Below are positions 58,265-64,000 of a stretch of 64,000 bases of DNA, piece by piece. The position numbers and the translations under genes are program-made. Source of the DNA: Lama glama (lineage: Eukaryota); assembly GCA_028534125.1 (NCBI GenBank), contig CM052818.1, forward strand, positions 2,730,001 through 2,794,000, in the 5' to 3' direction. Within the stretch, counting starts at the first letter, position 1; every line of letters begins with the position of its first letter. The notes below the pieces were generated by a model. That model was not told the DNA's origin. It did no database searches and saw nothing but the letters and a program-made list of their open reading frames with translations.

Positions 58265-61200
58265 CATGGGTTTGCTGAACACCCTGTATGTGAGGCTACT
58301 GTTCCAGGTGCTGGGAATGCCGCCATGAACTAGGAGGTCGTGCTCTGGGAAGGAGAGAAAGATACTAAACGTGCAAATGAACAAGGAGCCAGGCACTGAT
58401 ACTTGTTATGCAGAAGATAAATTCAGAGGAGGCTGCTTTAGCCAGAGTGGCCAGGAAAGTCCTCTCTGGGGAGATGACATTGAGCTGACTCATGTGGGTT
58501 AGTGGGACTGGGTCGGAGGGTGAGGTGGTGATGACTGCACGCATTTCGTTATGCTATTCGAGATGACACGATTGGCTGTGAGTGGGGGGTGAGGAGGGCG
58601 AGGGGAAGATTTGAGGAGGGACGAGAAGGTGGGAAACCATCCCCTCGAGTTTACACTGGGGAAGGGCAGGCTGTCTGGCAACGTTAAGAAATCATTTCAA
58701 AGTGTGGAGGGAATTCTGAAATGAGTCCAGTCCACACGGTTGTGTGCAAGGGTCAACTGCTCAGATGTGTGCTGGGAACAAGGTTATGTAGGGTGTAACC
58801 AACGGTGGGGCCCTGCGAAGTGACAACAGTGGAGGACAGAGGGACAGAGGGGTCAAAGGTGTTTTGCAAAGGAGTGGTTACCCAGCTGGAGTGGTTCATT
58901 TAAGTTGGATAAGGAGGGATGTGAGGAGTGGAGTTTGGGAGGAGACAGTTGAAGAGCAGGGATTCTCGAAGACATTGAATTCCTAGAGAAGGGGTATCAG
59001 AGTAGGTGGGCTGGAAGGAGATGGTCAAAGAGTAGGATGTGAAATCCAGGTGCTGGAGGCGGTGATCTAGTTGGTGACACCAAGATCTAGGGTATATGAC
59101 CGTAGGAGTAGGAGGCTGAGGCTGGGGTGGAAGGAGAGAAAATTGGCATTAGAGGTCAAGAAGATGTGATGAGTGTTGGGCGGAGCCCTGCAGGGATGTG
59201 GCTGCTAAAGTCGAAATCTTCAGGAATGAGTAAGGATAGTGATGGAGGGGAAGACGGTCAGCCAGGAGCAGAAGTCATCAGTGAACAAGGGGAGTGGCCA
59301 GGAGAGCGGTAGAGGTTAGTTGGAAGGAAGGATGATGGAAAGTCCAGTTGGAGGGTGTAGACTCCAAAGGCACTGGGGTTTTTGAAGCGGTGGAAATATA
59401 TAGAGGTGGCTGTAGGGCGCAAGGAGGCCAGCTACACTGCGCCCAGGTGCGGGGTGTGTGCTGTGGGGGAGCGAGGAGCTCAGGGGAGAGTCAGGCTTTA
59501 GATTTTTGATTTTGACATCCCAGAAATGGGGTTTATGTAGTTGGATTAGGGGAGGCTGCAAAGAATTATGTGATTGTTCGATGAGATTGGTTTCCAGGCA
59601 GGAAGGACGGTAACCAAGGAGGCATTATTGACTTTGGGCTTGTTCAAAACTCAATTAAAAGTAATTAATGGCATCTGGTGTTGTTTACCAAAGTACTAGT
59701 CCCGGGAGGGATTCTTGTGAATTGTGAGTTGGGGAGGAAAAACTTCCTCTCTTGAGGCACCTTGTGTTTTCATGTCATTAATTCCTGTGTCACCCCAGCA
59801 ATAAATCTTATGGAGGAGACGGAAGATTTCTGTCTTTTTGTATCACCATCACGCCGTGGCTCTGCAATGACTCCTTGTCTAGCCTTGCTCTGCTGACGGT
59901 GACCTTTAACGTAATAAAATGCTTACGGGAATAATGAGGATTGATGGGGAAGATGCACTTTCTTACAGTTTATGGCTCCTGCATTAGGGCAGGACATTTG
60001 TGGAGGAATGAAGCATGTTATTATGGGAAAGCGTGGGGTTTCTTAAATGCATAGCCAAAACTCTCAAAAAAGCACTCATCACTACCTGGCAATCCTTTCT
60101 TTACATCTCTTCCCCTCCCCACCCCTCACCCACCTTGCCGTCACCGAAAACAGAAACACTGGGCTGAGTGGCCCAGCTTCTGCCCGAGGCCATCCTTCCT
60201 TCTGGGTTCTGGGCCCCTTCCCTCTCACCTCAGAACACCTCTCCAGCAACTGGTCTTTCTCTTTTCTGAATCGTCACCTTCCCTCTCTGCCTCTCTCTTT
60301 CTCTCTCCCTCTTTCAAATACAGCGTTCCCATTGGCACTCAGGCAAGCACTAAGTATCTCCTACCGAAGCATCCCAGCTACTACCCCATCTCTCTCTTTA
60401 TGTTCTTAGCAAGTTTTGCAAGAGTTGCCTTTGTTCCCTGTCTCCCTTCCTCTTCCCCAGAGTCTACACTCAGGCCACGGAGATTGCTTTTGTTGGGTCA
60501 CCGATGACCTCCACGGTGCCCGAATCTCATGGCCTTTTCTCTGTTCTTATCTCACCTGCCACGTAAGCAGCATCTCACCCAGTTGACCACTTCTTGAAAC
60601 ATTCCATTGCCTGGTTTTCCAGAACCCTTCAGTTTCCTGGTTTCCCCTTAGCCTCCCTGGCTGTTCCTCCTCTTCCTCTGTGTGGTTCCCTTCAATGCTA
60701 CCCCACCTCTACTGGGAGAGCCCCACCCGGTCTCCTTCTAGACTCTCCCTAGGACAGCTCACCCAGGCCTTGGCTGTAGACCCCATTTATATGCTGACGA
60801 GTCCAAAGTCTATCTCTCCAGAACTCTGGCTTTGTGCTTCTCAAACTTCATTGTGCACACTGATCACCCGGGGATCTGGTTAAACTGCAGATTGTGATTT
60901 CATCGGTCTGGGGTGAGGCCTCGGGTTCTGCATCTCTAACAAGCTCCCAGGTGCTGCTGGCGCTGATGGTCTTAGGGTCTTACTTTGAGTGGTGTTGAGT
61001 GGTGAGGCTGCAAACTTGTCATCTCAGCTGCCTCCTTGACCCTTCCAATGGATGTCTTACAGGCGTCTCAGACCAAACCTCCCCTGACCCTGTTAGGGTT
61101 CCTGACTTCTTTCCTCAAACCCACTTTTCCCTGCATTGCCTCCCCCTCTCAGTTGCTCATTCCCAGAATCTCAGAATGGTCTTTGGTTTCTCTCTTTTCT

Positions 61201-61270
61201 TCGGCTTCTTATCCCATCCATTAGCAAATTCCATTGGCCCTAAAACATAGCCCAAATCTTGCCACTTGGC
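58265..61270. mobile_element. Degraded L2 fragments in both orientations with a MER5A insert at ~60835-60990
   Basis: Purine-rich L2-like sequence at 58.3-59.5 kb and pyrimidine-rich L2-like sequence at 60.2-61.3 kb; ctgcatctctaacaagctcccaggtgctgctg is MER5A-like. Confidence 0.5.
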
Positions 61271-61333
61271 TCCATAATAATAGTGGTAACTGACATTTCT
61301 TCAGCATTTTACATGTCAGGCTATATTAATGAT

Positions 61334-61922
61334 TGCTATAGACCGAATGTTTATGTCTCTTCAAAACTCGTATGTTGAAATGCAATCCCTAACGTGATGG
61401 TGTTTGGAAGTGGGACTCTTACGAGGTAATTAGGTCAAGTGGGCAGAGCCCTCATGAATGGGGACTGGTGCTCTTATAAGAGACCTCAGAGAAACTCCAG
61501 AGAGGTCCCTTGCCTCTTCTGCCACATGAGAACAAGCAAGAAGGCAGCTGTCTAGATACACACTGCTATATATACACTAGATAAACAGCAAGGTCCTGCT
61601 GGATCGCACAGGGAACTATATTCAATACCCTGTAATAGCCTGTAATGAAAAACATATGAAAAGGAATACATATATATATCACTATGCTGTATACCAGAAA
61701 TAAACACAGCATTGCAAACCAACTGTACTTCATTAAAAAAAAAAAAAAAAGAAGAAGACAATTGTCTATGAACCAGGAAGTGGGCTCTCACTAGACATCA
61801 AACGTGCTGGTGCTGTGATGTGGGACTTCCCAGCCTCCAGAACCGTGAGGAATAAATTTCTGTTGTTTATAAGCCACTCAGTCTAGAGTGTTTTGTTATA
61901 GCAGCCCGAGTGGACTGAGACA
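61334..61922 (+). mobile_element. MLT1A-like LTR with a nested L1 3' end (61555-61750)
   Basis: tgctatagaccgaatgtttatgtc ... gttatagcagcccgagtggactgagaca; the insert has an A-tail and TSD aagaaggcagctgtcta/aagaagacaattgtcta. Confidence 0.88.
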
Positions 61923-63465
61923 ATGCTATACATTTATATTTATATGTATTTAAAGTCTAGTGGTCACGACGACCCTATAAAGTAGATGGGGATTATTAAT
62001 TTCATTTTTCGAATGAGAAAAACATAATTGGGTAACCCTACATAGACCTGCAGTTTATGACTTTAAAAAACCCAATCCATTCTTTTGGCTTATTCTTTCC
62101 CTTTGTTGTAAACATAACAGTCAATAGTGCTATTGATATAATTAGAGAATTAATATCTTCTTTTAAGCTTTCTGTGTCCTTGCTAAGCACAAATCGCATT
62201 GCAAACGTCCACAGGCAAATGTCCAAAGGTTGTGTGCGTTACAGAATTTATAGTCTTTTTGGCTTCCTCATACCACTTTTGACAATGGCTATTTGCATTT
62301 AAAACGTTTAAAAATACTTGTGTCTGATGATTAGAATATCATGAGGTTCTTTACAAAGACATTGTGTCTTGTGTGTCCTTGTGAAAAGCAGGGATTCGTT
62401 CATTTCTCATGACATCACTGCGTCTTCTGTAACCTATGAAATACATTGAGAAAATGACTTTCAATCTCCAAGATCTGTTCCTTTCCTAAGCTTCCTGTGT
62501 GTTGATCAATTTTAAGAGTATTGTGCTCTGTGTTGGTTACATCATCACTTACAAAGTGTGATGAGAAGTGGCTGGGATTCAGGGAAAAATAAAAACAACC
62601 TACGTGTTCAAGTAGATGAAAGCGGTTCAGGTGAAGGAAGTCCGAAGGCTGTTGAGTTGTTTGGATTGTAAAAAAAGCAGGTTAAGCCACTACTTTGCTA
62701 TGGTATTTATTTTAAAGAAAATCTTTAGTAAACCTGTTCATAAAATAATGACATCTTTTGTAATGTGAATAATTAGTTTTATGAGTTTCTTTTAAGGATA
62801 GGAAAGGAAGACACAGATGCGTTACCTGACAATTTCTATTACACGTTTTTCTAAAGAATTAATATGCCAAGGCAAACATTACCCCAAACATAGCACTGCA
62901 TTCCTTTCTCTAGTTCAAGTCAAGGACATATCCTAGGAAGTAAGATTCTTAGATATAAATGAAGTCAGAAAATCTCAAAAGGAGCCCTAACCAGTTGCAA
63001 GGGCTTGCCTGTCTATGTTTCTGAGTAACATGCGCCAGGTGTCACAAACATGAAACGTGGCCCCTGGAATTCCAGCCCGTCAAGGCGGAAGGGCCATAGA
63101 GATCTTCCAGTCTGCTCCCCGAGTTACAGGGTCAGACAGAAGGAGATGAGAGCAGACAAGACACTGACTCAAGGCGAGGCCGTAATTACTGCAAGTCTGG
63201 GTTCCTGACAATCTGCTCTTTGGGGCATTTTTTCATAAATGTCAACTTCAGCCTTTTTTAATATCAGCGTTTCCAGGAGGCTATTTGCTTTTAAGGAAAA
63301 GAGGAAGAATACAAGTTCCTTACAAGAATCTGAAATATGATAGAGGAGATGGGTGGGGCTGAGGCAGGCTCCGTAGATGGCCAGGCCTCCATCTTGATCC
63401 TTAATTCTCAGCCCTGGATACAGGGGGGAAATTGCAAAAATTAAACTTTGCCACAATGTCACAAA

Positions 63466-63883
63466 GTATATTAGCTTCCTAGGGCTGCCTGAATAAAGTA
63501 CTACAAACTGGATGGTTTAAAATAACAGAATTTACTCTTCCACAGTTCTGGAGGGTAGATGTCTGAAATGATGTCCACAGGGTCATGCTCCCTCTGAAGG
63601 CTCAAAGGGAAAAATCCTTCTGGTGGTGGCTGGCAATTCTTCGTGTTCGTTGGCTTGAAGCTGCCGCACTCCCATCCCGCCTCCATCATCACACAGCCTT
63701 CTCCTCTGTCTGTTTGTCCTCTGAGCCTCTGTAGGTCCAAATCTCCTTTTCCTTATAACAACCTCATCACTGGGTTTAGGGCCCATCCTAAACCACTATG
63801 GCTTTATCTTTTTTTTTTTTTTAGCTGAAATATAGTCGATTCACAATGTTGTGTTAATTTCTGGTATACAGCATAGTGATTCG

Positions 63884-63920
<37 letters not shown>

Positions 63921-64000
63921 CTTTTCATATTCTTTTTTCATTATACGCCATTACAAGGTATTGAATATGGTTCCCTGTGCTAAACAGTAGGACTTTATTG
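63466..64000 (-). mobile_element. MLT1-type LTR followed by an L1 3' end containing (CA)n
   Basis: tattagcttcctagggctgcc...cacagttctggaggg; poly-T, then ctgaaatatagtcgattcacaatgttg. Confidence 0.8.

Overview
Mammalian genomic DNA, probably a camelid (inferred from tRNA-derived SINEs of the vic-1 type). It carries the syntenic block CD207 - CLEC4F - FIGLA - ADD2, all on the + strand. Reconstructed by hand from GT/AG boundaries and reading frame: the last four coding exons of langerin (CD207; 5' exons lie before the window), a complete 7-exon Kupffer cell receptor gene CLEC4F (604 aa, QPD/WND motifs and final-exon acceptor intact), a complete 5-exon oocyte bHLH gene FIGLA (208 aa), and a CpG island with a non-coding first exon that is most likely ADD2, followed by a long repeat-rich intron. 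The rest is L1, L2, MIR, SINE, MaLR/ERV LTR and MER5/MER58 relics, two CA/TG-rich tracts and a 500-N gap. I found no wholly new gene system. The best leads are: an intronic homologue of the aberrant human CLEC4F C-terminal exon with its own AATAAA; FIGLA exon 4 apparently exonized from an old L1; langerin sugar-site substitutions, including an N-glycosylation sequon on the EPN asparagine; a locally templated ~130-bp insertion inside an L1; an E-box cluster at the FIGLA promoter; and three strong-context uATGs in the putative ADD2 leader. Orthologue and repeat-family comparisons are from memory, not from searches.
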